This document shows positions 16,439 through 32,490 of a stretch of 64,000 nucleotides of DNA, piece by piece. The translations under genes were made by a program, and so were the position numbers. The stretch covers positions 28,024,001 to 28,088,000 of the forward strand of contig OZ024761.1 of assembly GCA_964016885.1 (NCBI GenBank), in the 5' to 3' direction. A model generated the notes under the pieces. The model worked only from the letters and a program-made list of their open reading frames with translations, was not told the origin of the DNA and did no database searches. Within the stretch, counting starts at the first letter, position 1. Every line of letters begins with the position of its first letter. This stretch comes from Eledone cirrhosa. Taxonomy: Eukaryota.

Positions 16439-16669
16439 GTGTGTATGTGTGTGTGTGTGTGCGTCTGTTATAAAAAAAAACCTTTGAAATGAAATATATT
16501 TAAGAATTGTAAATGTTTGTTAGAAAAACAACTAAAACAATAAGCTTTCTGCTGGAAAAATCAATTAAATCAATGATACATTGAACAAATGTCTGGGGTA
16601 TTTTTTCCATCATTTGTTGGAATATATCTTGATTAATTGTCTATTTAATACAACCAATAACCAGGCAGT

Positions 16670-16826
16670 GTGTCTCTCTCTCTCTCTCTCTCTCTAGCTT
16701 CAGCCTTTGGTGTGATGGTGGTGGTGGTGGGGGTGGTCTTCAGGCAACAGCGAATCTCTGTCTCTCTCTCTCTCTAGTTTCTGTCATTAGTGTGATATGG
16801 TGGTGGTGGTGGAAGACAACAGCGGG

Positions 16827-16901
<75 letters not shown>

Positions 16902-16905
16902 TCTC

Positions 16906-16978
<73 letters not shown>

Positions 16979-17108
16979 AACTCTTGTCAATAGTGTGGTG
17001 ATGGTGGTGTTGGAGTACGGTGAGTTTCTCTCTCTCTCTGTCTCTCTCTTTCTCTCTCTCTCTCTCTAGCTCCTGTCAGTGGTGGTGGTGATGGTACAGC
17101 GAGTTTCA

Positions 17109-17148
<40 letters not shown>

Positions 17149-17224
17149 TTATCTCTCTCTCGCTGTCTCTCTCTCTCTCTCTACCTCCTATCAGTGGTGG
17201 TGGTGATGGTACAGCGAGTTTCAG

Positions 17225-17266
<42 letters not shown>

Positions 17267-17350
17267 GCTCATGTCAGTGGTGTGGTGATGGTGGTGGTGG
17301 GAGGTACAGTGAGTTTCACTCTCTCAGGCTCTCTACCTTCTGTCATTGAC
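16670..17350. repeat. Composite satellite: ~45 bp unit alternating with variable (CT)n
   Basis: About 6 copies of tagctcctgtcagtggtggtggtgatggtacagcgagtttc-like blocks. Confidence 0.85.
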
Positions 17351-17635
17351 TTGATGAGGGTGTGGTGGATGCAACATAAAACCTATTCAACTATTCTGTA
17401 GTTACTAATGCTTGTATCTGTTTGTGATGTTGTGCTTATATATATATATATATATGTATATATAGATATAGATATGGATATGTGTGTGTGAGTGTGTATA
17501 GGTGTGTATTTATGATTGTGTGTGTGTATACATGTATATATATATGTGTGTGTGTATATATGTATATATATATAAGAGAGTATTGAAGTTTTCTTGAAGC
17601 ATTGTGGAATAAAAACATTTATTTTCTTTTGGACG

Positions 17636-18143
17636 TTTTGGAAGCCTCAACAATGCAGATGGGTAATTCTCCGGGTAACGAGATCCGGTGGTGAAGAGAG
17701 AGATGTAAGTGAAAGTAAAATGAGATGTATAGTGTGTAGAGGAACGTAGGAAAGAGGGTAAAAAATAAAAATAATAACACGAGATAGAGTTACATTGGGA
17801 GAGATTTAATTGTTCCTATATTTCGGATTCGCATCCATCAACTGGGGAGTTTGCAGGAGGGGGTATTTATCTGTCGGAGAGGAACGGTACGTGTCCTCTG
17901 CTGTTCGTTGTTTTTGACTAACTGAGCAGAAGACACGTACCGTTACTCTCCGACAGATGACCACCCCACCCCCGGAAAATACCCAGTTGATGGATGCCAA
18001 TCCGAAATATAAGGACAATTTAAATCTCTCCCAATGTAACTCTATCTCGTGTTATTATTTTTATTTTTTACCCTCTTTCCTACGTTCCTCTACACACTAT
18101 ACATCTCATTCTACATTCACTTACATCTCTCTCTTCACCACCG
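17636..18143. mobile_element. Fold-back module (~215 bp arms) with HHR-like CAGUUGA core in each arm
   Basis: 17686-17900 is the reverse complement of 17925-18143; single copy at 39630-39940. Confidence 0.75.
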
Positions 18144-18145
18144 GT

Positions 18146-18263
<118 letters not shown>

Positions 18264-18920
18264 TGTGTGTGTGTGTGTGTAGGTGTGTATTTATGATTAT
18301 GTGAGTGTATATACATGTATATATATGTGTGTATGTGTGTGTGTGAGTGTGTATAGGTGTGTATTTATGAGTGTGTGTGTATATATGTATATATATGTGT
18401 GTGTGTATGTGTAGGTGTGTATATATGTGTATATATATATGCGTGTGTGTATGTGTGAGGATGTAAGTATGTATATATGTGTGTTGTATGGGTATATTTA
18501 CACTTGTATATATATATATATGTGTGTGTGTGTGTTTAGATATATAGATAGATGGATGTGTATATATACACGCACACACTCCTGAACTCACAAGCACACA
18601 CTCATATAGATATGTATGTATAAGTATATAAAAAATATATAAATATATATGTGTGTGTGTTAGTGTTTGTAGGTCTGTAATTATGCTGGTGTGTATATAT
18701 GTATATGTGTGTAGATGTGTATATTTTTGCTTCGGCATATATATGTATAAATATATGTGTGTGTAGGTGTATATATATACATATATATATATATATGTGT
18801 GTGTTTATGTGTGTGTGTTTATGTGTGTGTGTTTATGTGTGTGTGTGAGGGTGTAAGTATGTATTTATGCTTCTGTACATGTGTGTGTCGTATACGTATA
18901 TTTACACTTGTATGTATATA

Positions 18921-19035
<115 letters not shown>

Positions 19036-19141
19036 GCGTGTGTGTGTGTGTATTTGTGTGTATGTGTGTGTACATATGCTTGCGTGTATATATGTGTGTA
19101 CATGTTGGTGTATATTTATGCTTATGTATATGTATGTATAA

Positions 19142-19220
<79 letters not shown>

Positions 19221-19785
19221 ACATACAGACACACATATGTCTGTGTTTAGTTTTGTACCGTTATGTGATAATAGTACCAAAACTATCTTAGAAATAAATT
19301 AAAGCTAATTATTAGATTTTTTTCCCCGAAAAACGTTCATTTGCAGAATTTCTAACACAATTTTACGTATCTTACCATCCCTGTATATTTCCATTTCTGA
19401 ATTAATCTAATAAACTTCACTAATATGTAAGAAAAACAACACAAAGTAAAACAACGTAAATGACTGTAATGATAAATAGGCACTACATTATAGCTTCTTA
19501 CTATAGTACTTTTCCCCTATGACTACATCCCTCTCTCTCTGGCTTTGTGTGTGTGTGTGTATATATAAAGATAGATAGATAGATAGATAAATAGATGGAT
19601 AGATAGATAGATAGATAGATAGATATGTAGGTAGGTAGGTAGATATATATATATATAAATATATATATATATATTTATACCTACCTACCTACCTATATAT
19701 CTATCTATCTATCTATATATTTATCCATCTATTTATCTATCTATCTATCTATCTATCTTTCTATATATCTATCTCTATCTATCCA

Positions 19786-19830
<45 letters not shown>

Positions 19831-19859
19831 CTACCAATATATCTATCAATCTATTTATT

Positions 19860-19920
<61 letters not shown>

Positions 19921-19921
19921 A

Positions 19922-19980
<59 letters not shown>

Positions 19981-20195
19981 CATCTATTAATTTATTTATC
20001 TGCCTACCTAGCTATCTCTCTCTTGTGAGGCCCGCGGGTTCATTAAAACTAGCAAAAATGTTCTGTACGGAGAAAACTTGTACTTTCAATGCAATGATTT
20101 AATAACGCATGCGTATATATATTTCTTTAAGCATATGTTTGTTTTTTGGTACACACACATATTTATACATATATATACATATACATACTCAAATT

Positions 20196-20515
<320 letters not shown>

Positions 20516-20735
20516 GCATTCAAACCCACACGCACAAATATATATTTATATATATATATATGGATATGTGTGAGTATGTATGAGTCTGTATACCTGTATA
20601 GAACGTGTGTTTCGCGAGTGTATACTCTGCGTAGTCGGTAGACATAAACAGCATCAATTCTCTAAACAAAGGTCCTTATGACATATTGTTTCATCTGAAT
20701 GAGGAGACATTGTTAACGAGAAATATTTATTCAGG

Positions 20736-20793
<58 letters not shown>

Positions 20794-20914
20794 CACACAC
20801 ACAGATATATATATGCATATATATATATGCATAAACAAACATATTTACAAAAATATATACACACACATATATGTATATATATATATACATATACATATAT
20901 ATATACATATATAC

Positions 20915-20947
<33 letters not shown>

Positions 20948-21158
20948 ACGCAAATGGAGGTAGGATGTATTTTCTTGCAAAGTTTACCAAAGTTCTTGAA
21001 AGATTTAAATATATTATATCGAATTATTTCCACTCTATAATGTGATATAAAATACAGGAATTGACATATGAAAACAAATCATACAACTAAATTTGCAACC
21101 CAAAAAAAATATTTCATTTTTTACTTGGATACGAACGTCTGTTTCTCTCTCTCTCACG

Positions 21159-21234
<76 letters not shown>

Positions 21235-21266
21235 TACAGACACACACACACACACACACCCACATA

Positions 21267-21399
<133 letters not shown>

Positions 21400-21536
21400 G
21401 ACACATACAGACAAACACATATATACATACATGTATACATACATATACACGCATACATATTCACATGCATATATCTAAACACACACACCCATTTTATAAG
21501 CTATTTTACAGCAACTTCACACATGAGCTCACCACT

Positions 21537-21579
<43 letters not shown>

Positions 21580-21893
21580 CAGGAAAATAGTCAGGGCCTT
21601 GACGGCTGAAGCCCCGGTTCTTTCGACAGCTAGATATGTTCCGAGTACTCTGGTGCGTTAGGGTCCAACTGGTTTCTTACACTTTCTTTGTTAAATATAT
21701 ATATATATATATAATTAATACAATAACAGAGATAGTTTAAAGCTAAACTCTGACTGGTGACCATCTCACTCAACAAACATTAGGTTATATTAAAATATAA
21801 ACCCAATTTAAGTGTTTGAGGTGCTAACAATATGTATAATGTGGAAAAACCCATTGTATTATTTTATGAGATATAATTAAAGTTAAAGTATAT

Positions 21894-22070
21894 CTCTACT
21901 TTTGGCGCAAGGCCACGATTATTCTAGTGTATTACTGGTACTTTATTTTATCGACCCCGTAAGGATGAAAAGCAAAGTTAACCTCGGGATTTGAACTCAG
22001 TCCGTAAAGGGACGTAACTGTGCTGCAAAGCATGGCGTCCGACCCTCTAACGATATTGCCAATTCGGTTC
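21894..22070 (-). mobile_element. tRNA-derived SINE
   Basis: Same consensus as 2857-3047. Confidence 0.85.
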
Positions 22071-22072
22071 CC

Positions 22073-22130
<58 letters not shown>

Positions 22131-22132
<2 letters not shown>

Positions 22133-22450
22133 AACAAATGGAAACTATATTTATAAAATGATATTTATTTCATCATACATATTTCAAGGGACACCAGAGC
22201 AAACTATGGTGCGCTTTCATCAGATAAAATATAATATAGGTTAGTTTTATAAATTATATTTTATATATTATATTTTATCTGATGAAAGCGCGCCATAGTT
22301 TGCTCTGGTGGCCCTTGAAATATGTATAATGAAATAAATATGGTTTTATAAATATAGTTTCCATTTGTTAATATATTGTATATTTACTCCAATAATTTGT
22401 TGAGTGCTTTATATCAGTTATAAAAATATTTGTATCCCAACAAATTAAAT
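22131..22450. mobile_element. Fold-back module with two family A hammerheads (22170-22228 minus, 22274-22333 plus)
   Basis: TTTC...TCATCAG at 22182/22217 mirrored by CTGATGA...GAAA at 22279/22317. Confidence 0.85.
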
Positions 22451-23352
22451 ATAACCTCTATGTATATATCATATTTTTCCTTGTATTATATGCATTCGTG
22501 TATAACGTGCCCATCAGAGAAACGTCTGGAAAAAGCCTAGTTTTGCTGTATAACATTTTTGTTATGGGGTTTACCCCTCATCCCCAAAACAAACAAAGAA
22601 AAATGGTGAAAAACTGCACGCTGTGCACTAGTGAATACTGTAATATACAGCTTGTCACATTTTATTTGGAAATCATACGAATGTGACGTATCACTCATCG
22701 TTTTCTCTCTGTGATGTTGTCAGTTACAGAGTGGACTTCGTCCCTATACACTCTACCATTTATTATGCGTCCTGCTGCTTCTAATTGACGTAGATGAAAT
22801 AGGCTTATATTTTTTTCACACACCTTGGCTTCCTTGAACCTCAGCCAATCACAGTCGAGCTCTTTAAACAATGTTTGATGTTGTTACTGCAAGTTAGACT
22901 CTAGATGGGGATTCTTCTATGGCTGCTATTATATGCTTAGATATACAGCTATTCAGTACATCATAAGACAATTGAATTATCTAAATTAATCCCCATGGTC
23001 CACTTGAGTTATTTCCCTTGGTGAATTTTTCCTGCACAGATACGTATATATATGTTTTTTTTTTATTTTCACATAGTTTTAATTATTTTCGTCTGTTTGT
23101 TATACATATTTTTTTTTAAATTTTATATTTGGTCTGGTTTGTTTTTTCCATTTGTGGTTTTACGATCATGTGCGACGTAAAACCTCCTCGAGATACGTTG
23201 TTGTAAAAACGACGAAGAAAAATAAAGTAGAATATATAAATACAAAAAAATAAAAAAATAAAAACGACAACATTAAATACAATGTACACTGCTGGAAGTT
23301 AACATTGCAGCAGCTAACGATATATACACACGTTAAATATATATATATGTAA

Positions 23353-23423
<71 letters not shown>

Positions 23424-23424
23424 A

Positions 23425-23545
<121 letters not shown>

Positions 23546-23566
23546 TATATATATATATATACACTC

Positions 23567-23601
<35 letters not shown>

Positions 23602-23714
23602 TATATATATATATACATACATATACATACATATATATATATACATATATATATACATATATATACATATATATATACATATATATACATATATATATAC
23701 ATATGTATATATAC

Positions 23715-23794
<80 letters not shown>

Positions 23795-23933
23795 TCATAA
23801 ATATATATATATATATAAATATACACATACATATATTTATATTGCAGCTTCGGTTATAATCATTATTTTTATTATATATATATATATTTCTATGTCAATG
23901 TAATAAACATATATATTGGTGCATCATAAAAGA

Positions 23934-24008
<75 letters not shown>

Positions 24009-24065
24009 TATATACATATATATATATATATATCTATCTATATATATATATATACACACACACAC

Positions 24066-24231
<166 letters not shown>

Positions 24232-24522
24232 TTATTGCTGTTTATCTCATATTCTAATAGTATTAACTATTCTGGTTTAAATCGCAGACAGTCTTCAGGT
24301 AAAATCACAAATGAATGTTCTAACTTCTCGCCGCCGTTGTTATCGTTATTGTTATCGTTGTCCCCGTTGTTGTTGTCGTTTTCATTGTGAAATGCAGTAC
24401 GAGATAATAAGATTATGTTGCTTTCATTTTACTTACATTGGCACAAGGTCACAAATTTGTAAAGGAGAGCTAGATCCGATTAAATATGTCGTTATTATTG
24501 TTATTGTCATTATCACTAGTCT

Positions 24523-24720
24523 GTTGGATTGGCAATAACGGTAGAGGCTGGGGCGCCATGGTTTGCCGCATAGAGTTATGTCCCTTTACGGTCTGAGTTC
24601 AAAATTCTGCCAGGGTTTGACTTTGTCTTTCATCCTTATGCAGTCGATAAAATAACTTACCAGTAATGTGCTGGGGGTATTTGCTGGCCTTGTGCCAAAA
24701 GTATAAACAATTATTATTAT
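24523..24720 (+). mobile_element. tRNA-derived SINE
   Basis: ggattggcaataacggtagag...gagttcaaa...ggccttgtgccaaaag. Confidence 0.85.
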
Positions 24721-24731
24721 TTAAGCAGTAA

Positions 24732-24953
24732 CGGCAGTGGATTGGCAGTATCGATAGCGTGTCGGAAACCATGATTTCCAGCATAGAGTTACAGCCCTTT
24801 ATGATCTGTGTTCAAATCTTGCCGAGGTTAACTTTGCCTTTCATCCTTACTGGGTTGATAAAATAAAGTACCAGTCACGCACTGGGATCGATTTAATCAA
24901 CTTTCCCCTCTCCCAAATTTACTTGCCTTGTGCCTATATAAGAAACCATTATT
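24732..24953 (+). mobile_element. tRNA-derived SINE, long-tail subfamily
   Basis: Same head and core plus tcgatttaatc...gccttgtgcctatataagaaacc tail. Confidence 0.85.
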
Positions 24954-25469
24954 TCGTACTGCTTATATACGACACCATTATCTCGTACTGCTTATATAAG
25001 ATACCATTATTTTGATTATTTTGCTTAATGTTTCGGGCAGGATGTTGCCAGAATCACTAGAGCGTCGGACAAAAACATCTGTGTTATATATAACAGAGAT
25101 TATGAATAAACGAAATGAATTATAAGCTGTTGATTCTTACTTCATGTTTATAAATATACTCCGGAGTAAACAGACCTACTTGTGTACTTTGTGGAGCGCT
25201 CTAGCTTGGAGACTAAAGTGTCGGTTATAAACTAACACGTACTCTAATTCCTCCCTCCGCATCTAGAGATTTTCTCACTTGCTACGAACGCGTGAAAGAA
25301 AGAGTAGTTTTTTCTCAGGGTTCTCTTGATAAACCGTATCAGCTTCACAGCGATGATGCATTTTTATAGTGCAGATACGTTGCACACAGATTGCCCAAAT
25401 TGTCTATTATTTTTTCATATTTTGTTATTTGATATATATATATATATATATATATATGCAAAGTTTTAT

Positions 25470-25872
25470 TTAAATTGTTGGGTTACAACGAGTAAATATT
25501 TATAACTGATATAAAAGCACTCAACAAGTATTTGGAGTATATTTACGATATTAAATAAATGGAAACTATATTTATAAAACCATATTTATTTCATTATATA
25601 TATTTCAGGGATATCATATTAAAAATATGGTATGCCTTCATCAGACAAAATACAATATAAACAGTCTTATAAATAGATAGATTTGACATACCTTACAACT
25701 TCAACTTCCATTTATCAGTTGTAAGGTATGTCAAATCTATCTATTTATAAGACTGTTTATATTGTATTTTGTCTGATGAAGGCATACCATATTTTTAATA
25801 TGATATCCCTGAAATATATATAATGAAATAAATATGGTTTTATAAATATAGTTTCCATTTATTTAATATCGT
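25470..25872. mobile_element. Fold-back module with two family A hammerheads (25591-25649 minus, 25768-25826 plus)
   Basis: ~150 bp essentially perfect inverted arms around ~25697-25716. Confidence 0.85.
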
Positions 25873-25949
25873 ATATATATATATATATATATATATCTGT
25901 GTATATATATATATATATATATATCTGAAAACGTGTGTTGAAACCGACA

Positions 25950-26448
25950 TTGTTATGCTTTGGCAGGGTCATGTTGCCAATAAGTTATTGCACCAGTTAT
26001 TTTCACTCCAATTTATTATAAATTAAATTTATAAATTTCCGGTTGTTTGGTTGGTTCCATAACCGGACGGTTGTTCATATATTGTCAAAGTTCTTTCGTC
26101 ACACATTCTAGGACCTCTTCAGTGACTGGGGATTCTTTTCTTTGTTTTTGTGCCTCTCCTTTGTTCTGTCCTACGCCATCTTGTTTTTGTGTGTGTTACG
26201 TGCTTAGTTTGCGCTGTGTTACAGCCGGGTGTAAAACAAAGAACAGAATCCCCAGTCACTGAAGAGGTCACAGAATGTGTGACGAAAGGACTTTGACAAT
26301 ATATGAACAACCGTCCGGTTATGGAACCAACCAAACAACCGGAAATTTATAAATCCTTAAATTTATAAATTTAATTTATAATAAATTGGAGTGAAACAAC
26401 TGGTGCGTGTGTTTCTTATCAACATGACCCTCCCGAAGCATAACAATA
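25950..26448. mobile_element. Fold-back module with two family H hammerheads (26084-26126 minus, 26255-26297 plus)
   Basis: GUCA-CUGAAGA-G-GUCACA...UGUGAC-GAAA-GGAC-UU/UGAC; ~200 bp inverted arms. Confidence 0.8.
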
Positions 26449-26542
26449 TATATATATATACTATCCGGGAGCTTCCAACAGTAATGGTTGCATTCTTTAA
26501 GGGTATGTCAATATTTATTTATAAAACTGCTCTATATTATAT

Positions 26543-26601
26543 TTTATCTGATGAAAGCACACCATAATTTAACTTGGTGTCCTTGAAATATGTATAATGA
26601 A
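26543..26601 (+). ncRNA. Type I hammerhead motif (family A)
   Basis: UUAU-CUGAUGA-AAG-C-ACACCA...UGGUGU-CCUU-GAAA-UAUGUA-UA/AUGA. Confidence 0.8.
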
Positions 26602-26681
26602 ATAAATATGGTTTTATAAATATAGTTTCCATTTGTTAATATCGTATATATATATATATATTGTATATATATATATATATA

Positions 26682-26957
26682 AATAACTGTTTCTACTTTT
26701 GGCACAAGGCCAGCATTTTTAAATCAGTGCATTACTGATACTTTATTTCATCGACCACGTAAGGATGAAAGGCAAAGTTAACCTTGGCGGGATTTGAACT
26801 CAGATCGTAAAGGGACGTAACTATTCTGGAAAGCATGTCCAACCCTCATAATGGTGAATTAATCCCGTCTTAACTACCATTATATAATAAATGAATGGGT
26901 GGTGGATTGGCAGTATCGGTAGAGGGTCGGACGCCATGCTTTCCAGCATAGTTACGT
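26682..26957. mobile_element. SINE (minus, 26682-26847) plus SINE head fragment (plus, 26898-26957)
   Basis: Consensus SINE sequence in both orientations. Confidence 0.8.
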
Positions 26958-27039
26958 GTGTTCTGTTATTATTTCTGGCAATATTATAACAAAATGACCC
27001 TCCTTAAACATAACAATTTATACACACACACACACGCAT

Positions 27040-27089
<50 letters not shown>

Positions 27090-27093
<4 letters not shown>

Positions 27094-27745
27094 CGGGTAA
27101 AATTCCCGAGATCCATGGACGAGTTCTCTCCAGCGGTCTCTGTCCTTCATTATCGCTGCCATGTCCTGCCTCTCCAAGACACCAGTGTCTGTCCTTAGGT
27201 CATCAACATATGTCAACTTCGGTCTTCATCTTCCAGTGTGTCCATATAGGGGCGCTCACAGGAGCACTGAGTGCAGTGTCAACTCTGGATGTCGGTGAGC
27301 ATGTACAGCTAACCTCAGTCTCCCTCTTCCAGTGTGTCCATGTAGGGGCTCCCACAGGAGCACTGAGTGCAGTGTCAACTCTGGATGTCGGTGAGCATGT
27401 CCAGCAAACCTCAGTCTCCCTCTTCCAGTGTGTCCATGTAGGGGCTCCCACAGGAGCACTGAGTGCAGTGTCAACTCTGGATGTCGGTGAGCATGTCCAG
27501 CTAACCTCAGTCTCCCTCTTCCAGTGTGTTCATGTAGGGGCTCCCACAAGAGCACTGAGTGCAATGTCAACTCTGGATGTCGGTGAGCATGTCCAGCTAA
27601 CCTAACTCTCCGCTGTGTCACTTTCGAGCTGACTTTTGGGAGGATCCCATACAGCTCTGAGTTCTTCACCCTCAGTGTATACTGATTAATGTTCAGAGCC
27701 ATCATCAGCAATTCTCGTATAGCACCCATCCACCATCTTGAGTGA
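27090..27745 (-). pseudogene. RTE-clade LINE ORF C-terminal fragment with internal 96-bp x4 tandem duplication
   Basis: LLMMALN...NSELYG..PKVS...RR.RLAGH..RHPE....LLWEP.HG...RGR...TYVD.L..DTG...DRDRWR is typical of the RTE ORF end. Confidence 0.85.
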
Positions 27746-27994
27746 GTTATATATATAGATATATATTTGTTATATATATATACATGTCTGTGAGTGCGAT
27801 CTTATCTTGTCTGTAGTTTGAAAAAACATTATTAATTAATATATATTGACTGGACACTGTGAAACTCTCCTAGATTTTATGTTGTCTACCATACTGACTA
27901 CCGAAAGTGAGTCTCAAATGTATGCCTAAAGAAAATTGTGTTTGTTTCGTTAGAATTATTTATTTGTTACGACACATTCTTCACATGATTTATT

Positions 27995-28058
<64 letters not shown>

Positions 28059-28214
28059 GAAACAAGCAAAGAGACGAGGAGATAGACAGATAAAAAGATA
28101 AACAGAACGAGAAAAATGGTTAATATTCTAAGTATAAGAAAATAACAGTGGCCGATAACAGATCTTACATATGTATATATATCTATATAATGTGTGTGTG
28201 TGTGTGTGTGTATA

Positions 28215-28267
<53 letters not shown>

Positions 28268-28312
28268 TATATATATACATATACATCTATATATATACAT
28301 ATATATATATAT

Positions 28313-28357
<45 letters not shown>

Positions 28358-28785
28358 TATCTATATACATATATTTACATATATATTTTCATAAACATAT
28401 ATATGAAAATTTATATATGCATGTATATATATATATATATATAGGTGAAAATATCTATGTATATATAAAAATATTTATATATATACATGTATATATACAT
28501 GTATATATACATATATGCGTATATGCATATATATGAAAATGTATATACATGCATATATATATATATATAGATATGTATATGCAGCATAATTTGAACAATT
28601 CTTCCAGATTGTGAAGTGTCATTGTTATCTCAAGTCCTCTAGACAATATTCTGATATTTTTATATAACACTCCACTTCATTACCTCCTCCCATTCACCAT
28701 CCCCTTCCTCCTTTTTCACCATATTTTACATGCATGCTTTTTGCCATCTTGTTTCTTATACTCCCCCTCTCTCTCTCTTTCTCCC

Positions 28786-28789
<4 letters not shown>

Positions 28790-28852
<63 letters not shown>

Positions 28853-29073
28853 AAATATATATATGTAAGTATATATGTACATATATATATGTGTGTAAGT
28901 ATATATGCCCAAATATATATATATGTATATATATATATATGTGTATTTGTGCATATATATATGTATATATATATATATATATAAAAGTATATATATATAT
29001 ATATATATATATTTGTAAATATATATATGTAAGTATATATGTATATATATATATGTGTGTAAGTATATATGCC

Positions 29074-29116
<43 letters not shown>

Positions 29117-29389
29117 ATTTGTGCATATATATATATGTATATATATATATATAAACGTATATATAAATATATATATTTGTAAATATATATATGTAAGTAT
29201 ATATGTATATATATATATATATGTGTGTAAGTATATATGCCCTATATATATGTATATATATATATATATGTGTATTTGTGCATATATATATATATATAAA
29301 AGTATATATATATATATATATATTTGTAAATATATATATGTAAGTATATATATTTTTTTTTATATATGTGTGTAAGTATATATGCCCAA

Positions 29390-29433
<44 letters not shown>

Positions 29434-29450
29434 ATTTGTGCATATATATA
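28790..29450. repeat. Higher-order ~150 bp TA-rich tandem repeat
   Basis: Anchors gtgtgtaagtatatatgccc and gtgtatttgtgc recur 4 times. Confidence 0.8.
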
Positions 29451-29689
29451 TATACAGTGTATATGTACACACACACAAACAAATATATTTATACACACAC
29501 ATGTATATATGTATATATATATATATATGTGAATGTTTAAATGTATATATCTCTCTATTTGTGTGGAGTGGGTTGTAAGAGCCAAGCCGACTATTGTTAC
29601 ATAACTTGAATAACGAAATATCATGTCGAGAGCTCTCAACTTTGTTCAGGAAAGCACTTTGCAAATCGCTATACATAAAAATCTCTGTC

Positions 29690-29731
<42 letters not shown>

Positions 29732-30041
29732 AATCTCTCTCTCACTATATATATATATATATATATATTTAGTTAAGAACTCAGGGTAGTCTCTTACGAT
29801 TAAATAGCTCTAAGAAAAAAGCTTTTCCCGCGCCGTACAATATAACTGAATAAACAAGAGAGGTGAACACTAATATAAACATACATGTGTTCGAATCGTA
29901 AGGACCAAATTTTCTAGGGGAAAAATACTAACTACAGCAATATAGTTTGTTATCCTTAATTTTAAATATTACATTAAGAAAAATTAAGAAAAATAACAGA
30001 CCTATACTGGGCAAAAATGCCTGGTAACAACTAGACAGTGT

Positions 30042-30103
30042 TGGAGACTGTTTCGCAACGACTTATTAAGTGAAGTTTTCACGTTTCTCTGCTCCTCAGT
30101 AGT
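30042..30103 (-). ncRNA. Hammerhead-like motif, weak stem I
   Basis: Minus: CUGAGGA-GCA...UGC-GAAA-CAGUCUC. Confidence 0.45.
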
Positions 30104-30177
30104 TGTTTGAGAAATTAATGATCCTTTCACTTCTAAAAATATTAGAGAATGAATTGTGTACGACATGAATTATCGCA

Positions 30178-30420
30178 CGTCCCAGGTCTCAGATGTTATT
30201 GGATGCCACTAGAGTTTCACCCGAAGGAAGAGAGTATGGTAGTTTCAGGGCATCCTTTTTTCCAAATTGGATTGATTCAAACTTATCCTCATTCAACAGC
30301 ATATTATTCTTTCTTTTCTGCCCATTGGATAACAGCAAGTAGGTCTGACTGAAGGCAAGTCCGGTCACCCACATCATTGATGACCCTTTGTAGCTTGGAA
30401 TCATCTGCGAAGCTGCTAAT
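30178..30420 (-). pseudogene. CR1-clade LINE reverse transcriptase fragment
   Basis: SSFADDSKL...D...LQSDL..V.QWA / NNMLLNEDKFE.I.FG...Y....G...*DLG; FADD catalytic motif; frameshifted. Confidence 0.85.
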
Positions 30421-30513
30421 GTTATATATATATTTTATATATATATATATAATAATAAAAATATATATATTTATATATATATAATATATATATACAATAT
30501 ATATAATATATAT

Positions 30514-30572
<59 letters not shown>

Positions 30573-30775
30573 GGAATAGAATGAAACGAAATTTCATTTC
30601 TCACTCTTAGTACGGCACTTACTTAAATGTAAGTATGTGTGAATGCACGTATCGGTTTACCGAACATTTATTATAATGCTCGGTTTGTTTGTTTGTAAAC
30701 AAAAAAAACAGCCTGAATTACGCCGTACAGTGTTTAGGCAACCACATCACCTGTTGGTTCAACACTGACACAGAA

Positions 30776-30820
30776 ACGATGTACTAGTTTCAAGCTTAAT
30801 ATAGCTATCGTCAGCATCGT
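30776..30820 (-). ncRNA. Minimal type I hammerhead motif (family F), in module 30570-30895
   Basis: Minus: ACGAUG-CUGACGA-U-AGCU...AGCU-U-GAAA-CUAG-UA/CAUCGU, perfect 6-bp stem I. Confidence 0.85.
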
Positions 30821-30893
30821 ATACCTACCTGCCAGATGGTTGAACGTCTGAAAGTATATACTTTCTACTTTCCTCATGCATATTAACGGCTGA

Positions 30894-30936
<43 letters not shown>

Positions 30937-31140
30937 AGTTTCAGAAGATCCCGTTAAGGGTGAAAGCAGCGATTCTTTGCTTAACTTTAATCTGTTATTT
31001 TAATAAATATTTGCTCTACGGTTCTTATATATTTGATATATATTTTCCTTATCGAGCCCTATTTGGATTTTAGTCTTCAACTTTATTATTATTACTATAT
31101 AATATATATATATATATAAGATATATATACATATATATAT

Positions 31141-31172
<32 letters not shown>

Positions 31173-31619
31173 AAATATATATATAATATATATATAAAAT
31201 ATATATATATTTGTGTGTGTGTGTCTGTGTGTGTGTACACATGAAGTCACATGTTAAAATAACTTCGTTTATATATACACTGTTATATATATATATTGTA
31301 TAATTATATATACACATGTATAATGTATATAAAATATATAACAAAATATATACATATATATACATATATATATATTCAGGCATATGTTAATATATATCAT
31401 GAGACCGACCCAATGGATATAGCCATGTCTTATTTGTTCACCTAACTTCAAATGATATACCTGGCGGTGTTCGGGAAACTTTTGCACGCCAGTTTAATTT
31501 TCTTCTAATTTATTGATTTAAATAATCTATATTTCAACAGTATATATATATATATATAGAGAGAGAGAGATAGATATATATATATATATAGAGAGAGAGA
31601 GATAGATAGATATATATAT

Positions 31620-31665
<46 letters not shown>

Positions 31666-31733
31666 TTATATGTGTATATATATATATATGTATTTATATG
31701 TATATATATGTATTTATATGTATATATGTGTAT

Positions 31734-31788
<55 letters not shown>

Positions 31789-31789
31789 C

Positions 31790-31826
<37 letters not shown>

Positions 31827-31830
31827 CATG

Positions 31831-31861
<31 letters not shown>

Positions 31862-31975
31862 ATTTATATGTATATATATGTATTTATATGTATATATATA
31901 TGTATTTATATGTATATATATGTATTTATATGTATATATGTTATATATGTATATATATATATATGTATATATATA

Positions 31976-32016
<41 letters not shown>

Positions 32017-32164
32017 TTTTATCGTCTTATTAGTTTCAGTCATCATACTGCGGCCATGATGCCGCATAGCGCTCATACAATTGACCGCCCCCCCCCCCCT
32101 CTCTCTCCCTCTCTCTCTCTCTCACTCTCTCTCTATATATCTAATTTTCTCCTCCTCTCACTCA

Positions 32165-32396
<232 letters not shown>

Positions 32397-32401
32397 CTAT
32401 T

Positions 32402-32490
<89 letters not shown>

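Noticed and set aside
16670-17350. CRISPR-like repeat-spacer pattern (also 8022-9137)
   Set aside because: Spacers are microsatellites, the context is eukaryotic and there are no cas genes
25950-26448. MITE or DNA-transposon interpretation of the long inverted repeats
   Set aside because: Arms are asymmetric, also occur as single unpaired copies and carry HHR motifs; this fits PLE-type inversions better
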